Below are positions 38,633 through 48,500 of a DNA stretch of 64,000 nt, one piece after another. Source of the DNA: Terriglobia bacterium (GTDB lineage: Bacteria; Acidobacteriota; Terriglobia; Acidiferrales; UBA7541); NCBI GenBank assembly GCA_963695545.1, contig OY968796.1:3008001-3072000 (forward strand), written 5' to 3'. The position numbers and the translations under genes were made by a program. The stretch's first letter is position 1; each line of letters opens with the position of its first letter. Under the pieces are notes generated by a model that worked only from the letters and a program-made list of their open reading frames with translations, ran no database searches and had not been told where the DNA came from.

Positions 38633-38776
38633 GTATTTCTTGAGTATTCGAAATAAGTTCCGCTGGGCCGGGAGAATAATGCCGGCGAGTGGGCCTCGCT
38701 CAATGCGCGTGCGCGTTGCGCGCTCGAGACGGCAATGTGGGTTAAAATCGCAAACGGAGGCTGAGGAGAAAAGAGC

Positions 38777-38986
38777 ATGCCAAACGATTCACATCAGCGA
38801 GCGGCGGAATTCCACGAAATGGCGGCACACGCGCATCGCGTTGCGGCGACGCACCACGGCAAGGGAGACCACTTGAGCGGACAGGAGTATTCGCGGCAGG
38901 CCATGGAATATTCGGCCCGGGCTCACCAGCTGAGTCAAGAAGCTCACTGGAAATCGGAAGCCGCTGCCGGCGGCGACAAGAAGTAA
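38777..38986 (+). CDS. Small His/Ala-rich helical protein
   Basis: RBS GAGGAG; HQRAAEFHEMAAHAHRVAATHH periodic histidines. Confidence 0.75.
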   Translation: MPNDSHQRAAEFHEMAAHAHRVAATHHGKGDHLSGQEYSRQAMEYSARAHQLSQEAHWKSEAAAGGDKK

Positions 38987-39169
38987 TCGGGGCCGCGGAC
39001 GGGGCGGCCGAATCAAGCGTCTGAGAACGATTGGCCGCGGAGCTGGCCCTGCGCCACGGGTGTAGGGGCAGATCGTTCGCTGAAATTGTTCAGCGCGAAT
39101 TTTGGATTTCCGGCATACGTCGGAGATGCCGGAAGATCGCGCCCCCAGGGCCAAGCCCGACGAGGATCG

Positions 39170-40375
39170 TTAGTCTTTCGCCCAGCCGAGAGCGGCGAGG
39201 ACATGGCGGGCGATCATCAGGTCTTCGTTGGTTTTTATGACGCGCACTTTTACGCGGGCTTCGTGAGTGGAGATCAGCGCCGCATTGGTTTCGTTGAAGG
39301 ACGCGTCGACATGAATGCCGAGAAAATCCAAGCCTTCGCAGATGCGCGCGCGAATGGCGGGAGCGCGCTCTCCGACGCCGCCGGAGAACACGAGGACATC
39401 GAGGCCGCCGAGCGCGGCGGCGTAGGCGCCGATATATTTTTTCGCGCGGTAGCAGAATAGGTCGATGGCTTCGGCGGCGCGCGAATCGTGAGGCGCGGCG
39501 TCAAGCAAGGAACGCATATCGCCGGAGGTCTCTGAAATTCCGAGGAGGCCGGATTGCTTGTTCAAGAGCGCGTCCATCTCTTTCGCGGACATTCTGTTCT
39601 GCGTGTGATCGAGCAGGTAGAGAATCCCGCCGGGATCGACGTCACCGGAGCGCGTGGCCATGACGAGGCCCTCGAGGGGAGTGAAACCCATCGAAGTGTC
39701 GATGCTTTTGCCGCGATGGATAGCGGCCATGCTGGCGCCGCTGCCGAGATGGGCGGCGATCACGCGGCCGTCTGAGAGCGCGGGATCGAGCGCGCGCAAT
39801 TCCTGCATGATGTATTCGTAGGAGAGGCCGTGAAAGCCGTAGCGCACGATGCCGTTGTCGTAGAGGCGGCGCGGGAGCGCGTACATGCGCGCGACGGTGG
39901 GAAGAGTGCGATGGAATGCGGTGTCGAAACACGCGACCTGCGGAAGATCGGGGAACTTCGCGGCGATGAATTCGATTCCTTCGATCGCGGCGGGCAGATG
40001 ATCGGGGTCGAGCGGAACGAGTTTCTTGATCTCCGCGAGGAAATCTGGAGTGACGCGTTGAGGGTCCTTGTATTTCGGGCCGCCGTGGACCAGTCGATGG
40101 CCGACGGCGGCGAGCCGCGCGAGAAAGCCATGCTCGGCGAGCCACGCGAACATAGTGGTGAGCGCGGTGGTGTGGTCGCCCGAAGCAACCGGGGATTCGA
40201 GCAACGTGGCGCCGCTTGGATCGGCAATCTTCAAGCGGCTGCCGGTGACGCCGGCCTGATCGACGGAAATCGAAAGCAGAAGATCTTCGCGATGGCCGGC
40301 GTCGTAGAGGTCGGATTTCAAGGTCGCCGAACCCTTGTTCATGGTGAGGATGCGTTTCTGAGTTGGCGGCGTCAC
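39170..40375 (-). CDS. ackA: Acetate/propionate kinase
   Basis: ILTMNKGSATLK, GHRLVHGG, FDTAFH, YGFHGLSY, SMGFTPLEG, TNEDLMIA. Confidence 0.93.
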   Translation of the reverse strand: MTPPTQKRILTMNKGSATLKSDLYDAGHREDLLLSISVDQAGVTGSRLKIADPSGATLLESPVASGDHTTALTTMFAWLAEHGFLARLAAVGHRLVHGGPKYKDPQRVTPDFLAEIKKLVPLDPDHLPAAIEGIEFIAAKFPDLPQVACFDTAFHRTLPTVARMYALPRRLYDNGIVRYGFHGLSYEYIMQELRALDPALSDGRVIAAHLGSGASMAAIHRGKSIDTSMGFTPLEGLVMATRSGDVDPGGILYLLDHTQNRMSAKEMDALLNKQSGLLGISETSGDMRSLLDAAPHDSRAAEAIDLFCYRAKKYIGAYAAALGGLDVLVFSGGVGERAPAIRARICEGLDFLGIHVDASFNETNAALISTHEARVKVRVIKTNEDLMIARHVLAALGWAKD

Positions 40376-40748
40376 TCGGTCTCCGTGGAGAATCGCGTGC
40401 TTGGGCGCGTTTGCGGGGCGCGCACCGCGATGAGAACAAATTTTCGTGTGTCGGCGCGGGAATTGCAAGGCGGCGGCGTGCAGGCAGCGGCGGCGGATGT
40501 TGCGCGGGCGGGAAGTGTGCGGTTTGGCACAGATTGATTGCAGAGCGAGTGTTACGGTGAGGACGGGTTGGTTACGACCGCGCTGTTCAACGAACGTCTC
40601 GAACGGGAATTTTGACATTGAGTGTACGGTAACGTACACTCGGACGACCTCGTGAGTTGGCCCACCGCGCGTTGGGATGGTTGTTGAGCAGTAACGAATA
40701 AGGATGCCGGAGAACGGCCTCCTTGTTCCGCGGAGGTGAAGACGGCTT

Positions 40749-41423
40749 ATGGACAAGAAACTCAACGGCTCAAAGTTAAAGGAAAAGATAGCTTTTGACG
40801 CCTTGGCGTTCCTGGAGGCCGATGGCGTCGAGCGAAGGAGTGTCGAGTTTCCCAGAAAAGCTACGATCTTCGCGCAGGGCGCTCCCGCCAGGACGGTGAT
40901 GTACATTCAGCAAGGCGGGGTGAAAATTTCGGTGGTCAATGGAGTGGGCAAAGAAGCAGTGGTGGCCATGCTGGGACCGGGAGACTTTTTTGGGGAAGGC
41001 GCGCTGGCGGGGCAGACGATTCGAATTGGGATGGCGACAGCGGTAACGCCGACCACGGTGCTGGTGCTGGCCAAAAATGAAATGATGCGCCTGCTACACG
41101 CGAATCACGAATTCTCGGACGGCTTTATCTCGTACATGCTGACCCGGAATATTCGCGTTGAAGCGGACCTGGTCGATCAGCTTTTTAACTCGACGGAGAA
41201 GCGGCTGGCTCGCGCGCTGCTGTTGCTCGCGCGATATGGGAAAGACGAGCAGAACCAGAAGGTCCTTCCGAAGGTTTCGCAGGAGACCCTGGCGGAAACG
41301 ATCGGCACGACGCGTTCGCGCGTGAATCTTTTCATGAACAAGTTCAAGAAAATGGGATTCATTAAGTACAACGGCGGTCTTCAAGTGAACAGTTCACTGC
41401 TGAGCGTTGTTCTGCACGACTGA
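40749..41423 (+). CDS. Crp/Fnr family transcriptional regulator
   Basis: GDFFGEG cNMP domain; SQETLAETIGTTRSRVN HTH. Confidence 0.93.
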   Translation: MDKKLNGSKLKEKIAFDALAFLEADGVERRSVEFPRKATIFAQGAPARTVMYIQQGGVKISVVNGVGKEAVVAMLGPGDFFGEGALAGQTIRIGMATAVTPTTVLVLAKNEMMRLLHANHEFSDGFISYMLTRNIRVEADLVDQLFNSTEKRLARALLLLARYGKDEQNQKVLPKVSQETLAETIGTTRSRVNLFMNKFKKMGFIKYNGGLQVNSSLLSVVLHD

Positions 41424-41575
41424 ACGGCGGGCTCGCCGCTTCGACTTACGCGCGCAATTCAAAGAGACAACAATCGAGGATTCCCGGCGCCTTCGGGCTC
41501 ACGCACTGCGTGGAAAGCAGCGCGCGAAAGCAAGCGCGGCGGTGCGCCCGGGGCGGCTATGGAGCAGGTTGCGCT

Positions 41576-42478
41576 TCAGGACTGGCAGGGATCGGAACAT
41601 TCGGCGATCGGCAAGTTGACTTCGATTACCGTTCCGATTTGGCTGGAACTGATATGAAAGCGGCCGTTCAACACTCTGGCGCGTTCGCGCATACCGGCGA
41701 TACCGACGCCGACGAGCCGGGTGCTCGAATTGATTTCCCGCAATATGGCGGGGGCGATTCCACGGCCTTCATCGCGGATTTTCATGGCGACTTCTTCGGC
41801 GTCCTGGCTGATTTCGATTTTTGCGACGCGACTTCCCGAATGTCGATGAATATTCGCGAGACTTTGCTGCACGATGCGGAACATGGCAATTTCCGTGTCC
41901 GTGGGCAAGCGCCGGAAATCTTCCGAAATATCGAGTTCCACGCGAATGCCGCTGCGTTCGGAGAAACCCTCGGCATACAACGCGAGCGCGGAAGCGAGGC
42001 CCATTTCATCGAGAAGCGGAGGGTGAAGCAGATAGGAAATGGTTCTGATTTCAGTGGTGCAATGCCGTACCATCTCGATGGAATCGGCGATTCGCTCGGC
42101 GTGCGAGGCGACGAGCGAGGAGGCGTCTCGTTCAAGAGCGCTGAGATTCATCTCGATCGCGGCGAGATATTGTCCGGCGCTATCGTGAAGTTCGCGGGCA
42201 ATGCGCCGGCGTTCGTCGTCCTGCACTTGCAGCAGGCGGGTGGTCAGTTTGCGGAGGCGCTCTTCGGCTCTGTGCCGTTCGATTACTTGCGCTTCAAGCT
42301 CGACAGTGCGCTCGCGGACGCGCGATTCGAGAGTGTCGAGCGCTGTTTGCATGCTCGCCGCCGGCCAGAGATCGACGCGTGGCGCGATTCCGGCCGCGGG
42401 CGTTCCGGCCGCTTCCGTGGTGTTGCCCTGCATGCTTGCATGTGGAGATACGGTTGTTTGACTCATAAGTGGATCCAT
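41576..42478 (-). CDS. Cytoplasmic HisKA_3 sensor histidine kinase
   Basis: ERRRIARELHD, ANIHRHS, DEGRG, GVGIAGMRER; no TM or sensor domain. Confidence 0.9.
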   Translation of the reverse strand: MDPLMSQTTVSPHASMQGNTTEAAGTPAAGIAPRVDLWPAASMQTALDTLESRVRERTVELEAQVIERHRAEERLRKLTTRLLQVQDDERRRIARELHDSAGQYLAAIEMNLSALERDASSLVASHAERIADSIEMVRHCTTEIRTISYLLHPPLLDEMGLASALALYAEGFSERSGIRVELDISEDFRRLPTDTEIAMFRIVQQSLANIHRHSGSRVAKIEISQDAEEVAMKIRDEGRGIAPAILREINSSTRLVGVGIAGMRERARVLNGRFHISSSQIGTVIEVNLPIAECSDPCQS

Positions 42479-42698
42479 CTCGGGGCCGAGCGAAGGCCGC
42501 CCGCCGCCCTCGGAGAACGATACGCGACCCTCGCTTGGTTGGCTGTGCGGAAAAGAACAGTTCCTAAAATGGGCATGGACGAGAATTGGCGATCTGAGCG
42601 AAGTTAGCGGCGCCGGCGAGAAATGCCGTGAACGGGGCGCGCCGCGGGACTAGACTGGGTACGCGCCGTCGGGAAGCTCTTGAACGCGAGGTGGATTT

Positions 42699-43343
42699 GT
42701 GAAGATTTTGATTGCCGACGATCACGACATCATCCGCCGCGGGCTGAAGCAGCTTTTGACAACGCATCCCGGATGGGAAGTGTGCGCGGAAGCCAAAACG
42801 GGCCGCGAGGCGGTGGCTTTGGCCGAGCGGCACAAGCCGCAGGTGGCGGTGCTGGACGTGAGCATGCCGGAACTAAATGGCCTGGACGCCGCGCGGCGTA
42901 TACGCAAGATTCTTCCGACAACGGAAATTCTGATTTTGACGCTACATTTTTCAGACCAATTGGTTCGCGACATCGTGGACACTGGAGCGCGCGCGTACAT
43001 CATGAAGTCCGACGCGGATAAGGATCTGGTGAGCGCGGTTGAAGCGCTGGCGGAACATCGCCCATTTTTCACGGCGCGCGCGGCGGAAATCGTGCTGGAC
43101 GGATTCCGGAAGCCGCGTTCGGCGTCGGGAGGAAATACGTCCGCGGGCCGGCTGACATCGCGCGAGCGGGAAATCGTGCAGCTTCTGGCGGAAGGGAAGA
43201 GCAGCAAAGAGGTGGCCGTTTCGCTAGGCATCAGCGTGAAGACGGCCGAGACGCACCGCGCGAACGTGATGCGGAAACTGAGTCTACATTCGGTGAGCGA
43301 ACTGGTGCGCTACGCGGTGAAGAATCAGATTATCGAAGCGTGA
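42699..43343 (+). CDS. NarL/LuxR family response regulator
   Basis: ILIADDH, VLDVSMP, LTSREREI...SVKTAETHR. Confidence 0.94.
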   Translation: MKILIADDHDIIRRGLKQLLTTHPGWEVCAEAKTGREAVALAERHKPQVAVLDVSMPELNGLDAARRIRKILPTTEILILTLHFSDQLVRDIVDTGARAYIMKSDADKDLVSAVEALAEHRPFFTARAAEIVLDGFRKPRSASGGNTSAGRLTSREREIVQLLAEGKSSKEVAVSLGISVKTAETHRANVMRKLSLHSVSELVRYAVKNQIIEA

Positions 43344-43384
43344 GCCGCAACCCCCGCGAGCGGATTCCACCGCAAAAAACAACA

Positions 43385-43414
43385 AAAAAGGAGGGCCCGA
43401 AGGCCCTCCTTTTT
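43385..43414. terminator. Bidirectional intrinsic terminator
   Basis: AAAAAGGAGGGCC-CGAA-GGCCCTCCTTTTT between convergent genes. Confidence 0.88.
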
Positions 43415-43435
43415 GCGATTTGCTTCGTGCGCGCG

Positions 43436-46400
43436 TTAGAACGTGAAGTGTCCGGCAAACTGAAACTGCCGAACGTCGAACACCGTGTCGGTTACGCCGT
43501 TCACAGCTCCGAAAGTAGATTGGTTGACTTGCGTGAGCGTGTAGTTCGGCGCGGTGGAGGAGAAGCTTCCGAGCTGGTAGTTGGTGGTCTGGAATCCGCT
43601 TTCTTCGATCGGGATCATTTTGTTGAAGCAATTGAAACACTCCGCGTCCGCTTCGAGCACGACTCGCTCTCCGATGTGGAATCGGCGTCCGATGTGCAGA
43701 TTAACGTTCTGGACCGAAGGCAGGGTGAAGTAACCGCGAGGAAGTAGCGGGAATCGATCGGAGCCGCTCTGTCCCGTTATGGTCGTGGCGCTGTTCCCGA
43801 CTTTGAGACCGCCGGGCAGCGAGCTTAGCGATCCGGTGATGCCAGCCGTGTAGTTGGTATTTGAGGAGACCATAATTTCCGGGGCCACGGTCCAGCCGTC
43901 CAGAAGTTTGTGGGCCATGGAATCCCCGCCGAAATGCTCCGGAGACCAAACCGCACTCAGGACAAAGCGATTGCGAACGTCGAAGGCTGAGTTGGCGTAG
44001 TCTTCGCCGGGATCAAATTGATTGAGCAATGCGTCTCCCGGGAATCCGGAGTCGCCTTGCGCGTTGTCCAAGGCGTGAGACCAGGTGTAGCTGGATTCCA
44101 GTTCAAGCCCCCTCGAGAGGTGACGGCTGATCTCGATGGCGCCCGCATTGTAATTCGAGCGCACCAGATCGGTGAATTCGTCGACGAAGCTGTTGAGGCC
44201 CAAGGTTGCATCGTCGGGGCGGCAGGTTACGGCGGTGGACGGTGCAGGGCAAGGGACGCCGGGGCTCACGAGTTCGTTGAACGTATCCCCGCTGAACGGT
44301 CCGCCGGAAACGGCGTAGCTGACATTGACAGAGGGTACCGTCAGGTTCGCGTCAATTTCGGCCGGCAGATCGCGGCCCTGGGTAAGCATGTACGTAAGAG
44401 TGACGACAAAATTGTCGCCGATCTCGCGCTGCAGCGAAACGTCGCCTTCGTAAATAAGCGGATCGCGGTCCTTGGGGTCAAAGAAATCAATCGTGCCCGC
44501 GGAAGTCACACCTGTCGCCAGCGTTTTCGGGAAGATCGGCTCACCCGGGGTGGACGACGTGGGGCTCGCGCTGGTGTTCGTGTAAGTGTCAGACGATTGA
44601 GAGTCGGCGATACCGGTGCTGGAAATCGCGTCGAAGATGGTCCCGCCGGAGATGATCCCGTAATACATGCCGTATCCAGCGCGGAACGAGGTCTTCCCAT
44701 CACCGAAGACGTCCCAGGCCACGCCGACACGGGGACCGAAGTTGGCTTTGTTGGTCGGGAACGTCCCGGTCTGAGGAAGATTCGCGTTGGGTTGCTGTGG
44801 TGATGACAGCGGTTCGTAATCCCAGCGCAAGCCGTAGTTGATGGTCAATCGCGGCGTCGCCCTCCAGGTGTCTTGCGCAAAGATTCCGACATCTTGTGTT
44901 GAGAATTTATACCCGGGAGGCCCGAAGCCTTGCACGTACGCGTGGTAGCAGGGAATCGAGGTGGCCCCGTCAACGGAGCAGCCGAGAATGGTCGCGGTCG
45001 GGTTCGTCCATTTGGTGTAGTCGGTGATGAAATCGGCCAGAGCATACGCGTTGTTCTCGTACTCGTATTCACCCTCGCTGGCGGTGAGTAACTTGTCCGT
45101 GTCCGTGATCTGGTTGATATCGGTGCCGAACCGGAACAGGTGAGTGCCGTGCACGATGGAGAGGGTGTCCGAACCTTGCTCCTTGTACTCGAGCGGATAG
45201 GCGAAGCGGTTCAAGAACGTGGGCGTGCCGAGAATAAGGGTTCCCGAGTTCGGGGACACGCCCGCCCCAAGCGAACTCGAGGCCGCGGTGGGCGAAATCA
45301 AGATCTCAGGCGGAAGGCCGCCGGGACCGGTGGCGGGTTCTCCGGCAGGCGTTGGATCCGCAAACTCGAATTCGAAATCCTTGCTGATCACGAACGTGGC
45401 TTCGTTCGTAACGTTGCTTGAGAAGGTGGAGCTCAAACGAGCGACGCCCATATCGTCGTGGACGTAGTCGTCGCCGACGCTCGATGTGCCGTAATCCGCC
45501 GTGGCATTGGTCTGAATGCCGTTCGGCGAAGACCAACGCATGCGGTTGTAGCTCAGGGTCAGGACGTTGTTAGGATTGATGTGCCAATCCAGCTTCGGAA
45601 ACTCGATATTCTGATTACCTGTCCGGGTAGCTTGTCCCGTGAAATCGGTCAGGAAGGTCATCGCCGTATTCACCTGCGCCTGACTAATTCCGCGGCAATA
45701 AAGAGCATCGGCCTGCGTGAAACTTGCGGAAGCGGTAACGAACGGCGATGCGCCGGTCGACAGAGTAGTGGCAGGGCACGTAAAGGTCGTGGGCAGCGTT
45801 ATCGGGTCAAGGAAATTTGGCCCTGGAATTTCGACGATGGGAAAATTCTCGTTCTGCGTGTCATAAGTGAAGAAGAAAAACAGCTTATTCTTGATGGCGG
45901 CCCCGCCGACCGAGCCACCGTATTGCTGGCGCAGAAAAGGCGGCTTAATGGAGACGTTCTCAGGCGACCCGTTTACCAACTCCGATTCGTAAGTGTAGGG
46001 ATTCTGCGCGCCGATGGCGTTGTTCTTGTAGAAGTAGAACAGGTCTCCATGAAGCTGGTTCGTGCCGCTCTTGGTGACGGTGTTGATCACGCCGCCGGCA
46101 GACCGGCCATACTGCGGCGAATAGTCCGAAGTGTTCACTTGGAAGGCCTCGACCGAATCCAGGCTGAGGGTATAGGCGATGCGGGTCCGCCCGCGCTCCT
46201 CGGCGAAGAAGAACTGGTTGTTGTCGCCGCCGTCCACCGTGTTGTTATTGGCGTAGCCGTTGATGCCGCGGAAATCGAGGTCCTGGTAGCCGTCCGGGTC
46301 AGGTGTGACGCCCGGCACCAGCAGGGCAAATGAGGACCAGCGGCGACCATTGGTCGGAAGGTTCGCAAGCTCGGTACCTCCGATATCGTTGGCGATGGCT

Positions 46401-46825
46401 TGATCTGTGGTGTCAACCTGCGGCGGCTCGCCGGAGACCTTCACCGTTTCGGTTCCGCTGGCGACCTTCAAATGAATGTCCACCGTCGAGGCGCGGCCGA
46501 CCTCGACCGTGACCCCTGTCTGCTCATATTGAGCGAAACCCGTGGCGGCAACCGACACCGTGTACTGGCCCGGCTGCAAGACGTTAAAACTGAATCCGCC
46601 GATGCCGTTGGTCGTCTCGTCCAATTTCTGCCCGGTGCCCTCGTTCTCAACGGACACGGGCGCGTTCGGGACGATCGCACCCGTCGGGTCCTCCACGGTT
46701 CCATTGATCGCGCCGTTCACGGTAGATTGGGCTCGCATCGTCACCGAGACCGAAAGAGCCACCACCAGGGCTGCGCCTAGAACCAATAATTTCTTTCCAA
46801 ATGAAATGTCTTGCGAGCGAAACAT
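43436..46825 (-). CDS. Oar-like TonB-dependent receptor with carboxypeptidase-regulatory-like N-terminal domain
   Basis: GTVEDPTGAIVP, TKSGTNQLHG, FGPRVGVAWD, C-terminal aromatic FTF; RBS GGAGG. Confidence 0.9.
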   Translation of the reverse strand: MFRSQDISFGKKLLVLGAALVVALSVSVTMRAQSTVNGAINGTVEDPTGAIVPNAPVSVENEGTGQKLDETTNGIGGFSFNVLQPGQYTVSVAATGFAQYEQTGVTVEVGRASTVDIHLKVASGTETVKVSGEPPQVDTTDQAIANDIGGTELANLPTNGRRWSSFALLVPGVTPDPDGYQDLDFRGINGYANNNTVDGGDNNQFFFAEERGRTRIAYTLSLDSVEAFQVNTSDYSPQYGRSAGGVINTVTKSGTNQLHGDLFYFYKNNAIGAQNPYTYESELVNGSPENVSIKPPFLRQQYGGSVGGAAIKNKLFFFFTYDTQNENFPIVEIPGPNFLDPITLPTTFTCPATTLSTGASPFVTASASFTQADALYCRGISQAQVNTAMTFLTDFTGQATRTGNQNIEFPKLDWHINPNNVLTLSYNRMRWSSPNGIQTNATADYGTSSVGDDYVHDDMGVARLSSTFSSNVTNEATFVISKDFEFEFADPTPAGEPATGPGGLPPEILISPTAASSSLGAGVSPNSGTLILGTPTFLNRFAYPLEYKEQGSDTLSIVHGTHLFRFGTDINQITDTDKLLTASEGEYEYENNAYALADFITDYTKWTNPTATILGCSVDGATSIPCYHAYVQGFGPPGYKFSTQDVGIFAQDTWRATPRLTINYGLRWDYEPLSSPQQPNANLPQTGTFPTNKANFGPRVGVAWDVFGDGKTSFRAGYGMYYGIISGGTIFDAISSTGIADSQSSDTYTNTSASPTSSTPGEPIFPKTLATGVTSAGTIDFFDPKDRDPLIYEGDVSLQREIGDNFVVTLTYMLTQGRDLPAEIDANLTVPSVNVSYAVSGGPFSGDTFNELVSPGVPCPAPSTAVTCRPDDATLGLNSFVDEFTDLVRSNYNAGAIEISRHLSRGLELESSYTWSHALDNAQGDSGFPGDALLNQFDPGEDYANSAFDVRNRFVLSAVWSPEHFGGDSMAHKLLDGWTVAPEIMVSSNTNYTAGITGSLSSLPGGLKVGNSATTITGQSGSDRFPLLPRGYFTLPSVQNVNLHIGRRFHIGERVVLEADAECFNCFNKMIPIEESGFQTTNYQLGSFSSTAPNYTLTQVNQSTFGAVNGVTDTVFDVRQFQFAGHFTF

Positions 46826-47270
46826 ACTCGTCCCTCCTATGAAACCTCGATCAGGCGTTAGATATAGTTCTTGGACTGCTTCCGGGTTTCGGGCAGAGCG
46901 TGCGCGTGGACGCGTGTCCGGCAAAAATAGGAAATACTTCGCCCTTGGAAAAACTGAGCTGTCTTTTCGATTTCAATGCACCACCCCGGTGGCAGGGATA
47001 CTTTATTTGCGGGCAGGCCAAAAAGTCAAGCAAAAGTGTCATTTTGTATCCCTTCCCGTCCGATCCGCGCGTTTCGGCCCTCGTCGGCGCAGCCTATCCG
47101 CGCAAGGTTACAGCCGAGTGAACGGCGCGCGTCGGATTCTTGAAAAATTCGGATTCCGCCAGCTTTCTCCCACTCCTCGCGCGCCTGGATTGGCGCGGCC
47201 CGCTTGTGCTCGTACGGTGCCTGCGCTAGAGTAGCGAACTTCTTCTGCTTCTGGCGTTTGGGAGACTGCC

Positions 47271-47813
47271 GTGAATCCTCATGGCAAAGAGCATTTGCGA
47301 GTCCTGCTGCGGCGCAGCGCCGTGCAGAAGCGCGTGCGAGAGATCGGCAAGGAAATTTCCAACGATTTCAAGGGGCAGCGCGTCCATTTGATCGGGGTGT
47401 TGAAGGGCGCGTCGATTTTTCTGGCCGACCTGATTCGCCAGGTCAATGTGGAGGTGTCGCTCGATTTCATGGCCGTTTCGAGCTATGGCCAAGCCGACCA
47501 AACCTCAGGCCAGGTGCGCTTGACCAAGGATTTGGACACCAGCATCGAGGGCCTGAACGTGATCGTGGTCGAGGACATTCTCGATACCGGCTTGACGCTC
47601 AGTTATCTGCTCCGCGTTTTGCAGCAGCGCAAGCCGAAGAGCCTGGCGATCGCGGCGCTGCTCGATAAACCTTCGCGCCGCATCAAGGACGTCAAGGCCG
47701 ATTACGTCGGCTTTCAGATACCGAATGAATTCGTGGTGGGCTACGGCCTGGACTACGCCGAAAGATACCGCAACCTCAAGGACGTTTGCGTGCTCTCGCT
47801 GCCGCCTTCCTGA
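47271..47813 (+). CDS. hpt: Hypoxanthine phosphoribosyltransferase
   Basis: VLKGASIFLADL, VVEDILDTGLT, FVVGYGLDYAERYRNL. Confidence 0.95.
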   Translation: MNPHGKEHLRVLLRRSAVQKRVREIGKEISNDFKGQRVHLIGVLKGASIFLADLIRQVNVEVSLDFMAVSSYGQADQTSGQVRLTKDLDTSIEGLNVIVVEDILDTGLTLSYLLRVLQQRKPKSLAIAALLDKPSRRIKDVKADYVGFQIPNEFVVGYGLDYAERYRNLKDVCVLSLPPS

Positions 47814-47832
47814 CGGCGGCGTCTCACTAAAG

Positions 47833-48456
47833 ATGCGATCCGTGCTCACCGCCGCCGACTTGAGCGCCGTTGCCGATGGCGGCGAAATTGAAATTGCCGC
47901 CGACGCTCTGGTCACGCCACTCGCGCGCGATGAAGCGGCGCGCCGCGGCATCACGCTGCGCCGGCTCGAGCCGTTCGAGAAAGTTTCCTCACCCGATGCG
48001 CGTCGCGTTGCGCTCGGAGCCGATCACGGCGGCTTCGAGATGAAGGAACAATTGAAATCGTATCTGCGCGAATGGGGTTACGCGGTGCTCGATTTGGGCA
48101 CTGACAGCACAGCGGCTGTCGACTATCCCGATTTCGCGGAAGCGGTTGCCGCGGCCGTCGCGCGCGGAGATGCCTGGCGCGGAGTAGTGCTCGATAGCGC
48201 GGGCATCGGCAGCTCCATCGCGGCGAACAAGGTGCCGGGGGCGCGCGCGGCGCTATGCTATGATCGCGTCACGGCGCGAAATAGCCGCGAGCACAACGAC
48301 GCAAACGTGCTATCGCTCGGGGCCAAGCTGATTTCGATCGAGTCGGCGCGCGAAATTCTGGCCGCTTGGCTGGAGACGCCGTTCGCCGGCGGCCGGCACC
48401 AGCGGCGCGTGGATAAGATTCGCGGCATCGAAAAGCGCTACTCGAAAGCTGAATAA
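47833..48456 (+). CDS. rpiB: Ribose-5-phosphate isomerase B with ~50-aa N-terminal extension
   Basis: ALGADHGG, VDYPD, AANKVPG, SREHNDANVL, GGRHQRRVDKI. Confidence 0.9.
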   Translation: MRSVLTAADLSAVADGGEIEIAADALVTPLARDEAARRGITLRRLEPFEKVSSPDARRVALGADHGGFEMKEQLKSYLREWGYAVLDLGTDSTAAVDYPDFAEAVAAAVARGDAWRGVVLDSAGIGSSIAANKVPGARAALCYDRVTARNSREHNDANVLSLGAKLISIESAREILAAWLETPFAGGRHQRRVDKIRGIEKRYSKAE

Positions 48457-48500
48457 ATTAAGGCGTCTCGCGCGCGGCCGCGCGAAACGCGCGCCGCATC

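Noticed and set aside
40376..40906. N-terminal extensions of ackA and other track ORFs (20934, 46924, 51115, 61606 starts)
   Set aside because: Better RBS-supported starts lie downstream, and the extensions overlap other genes or promoters.
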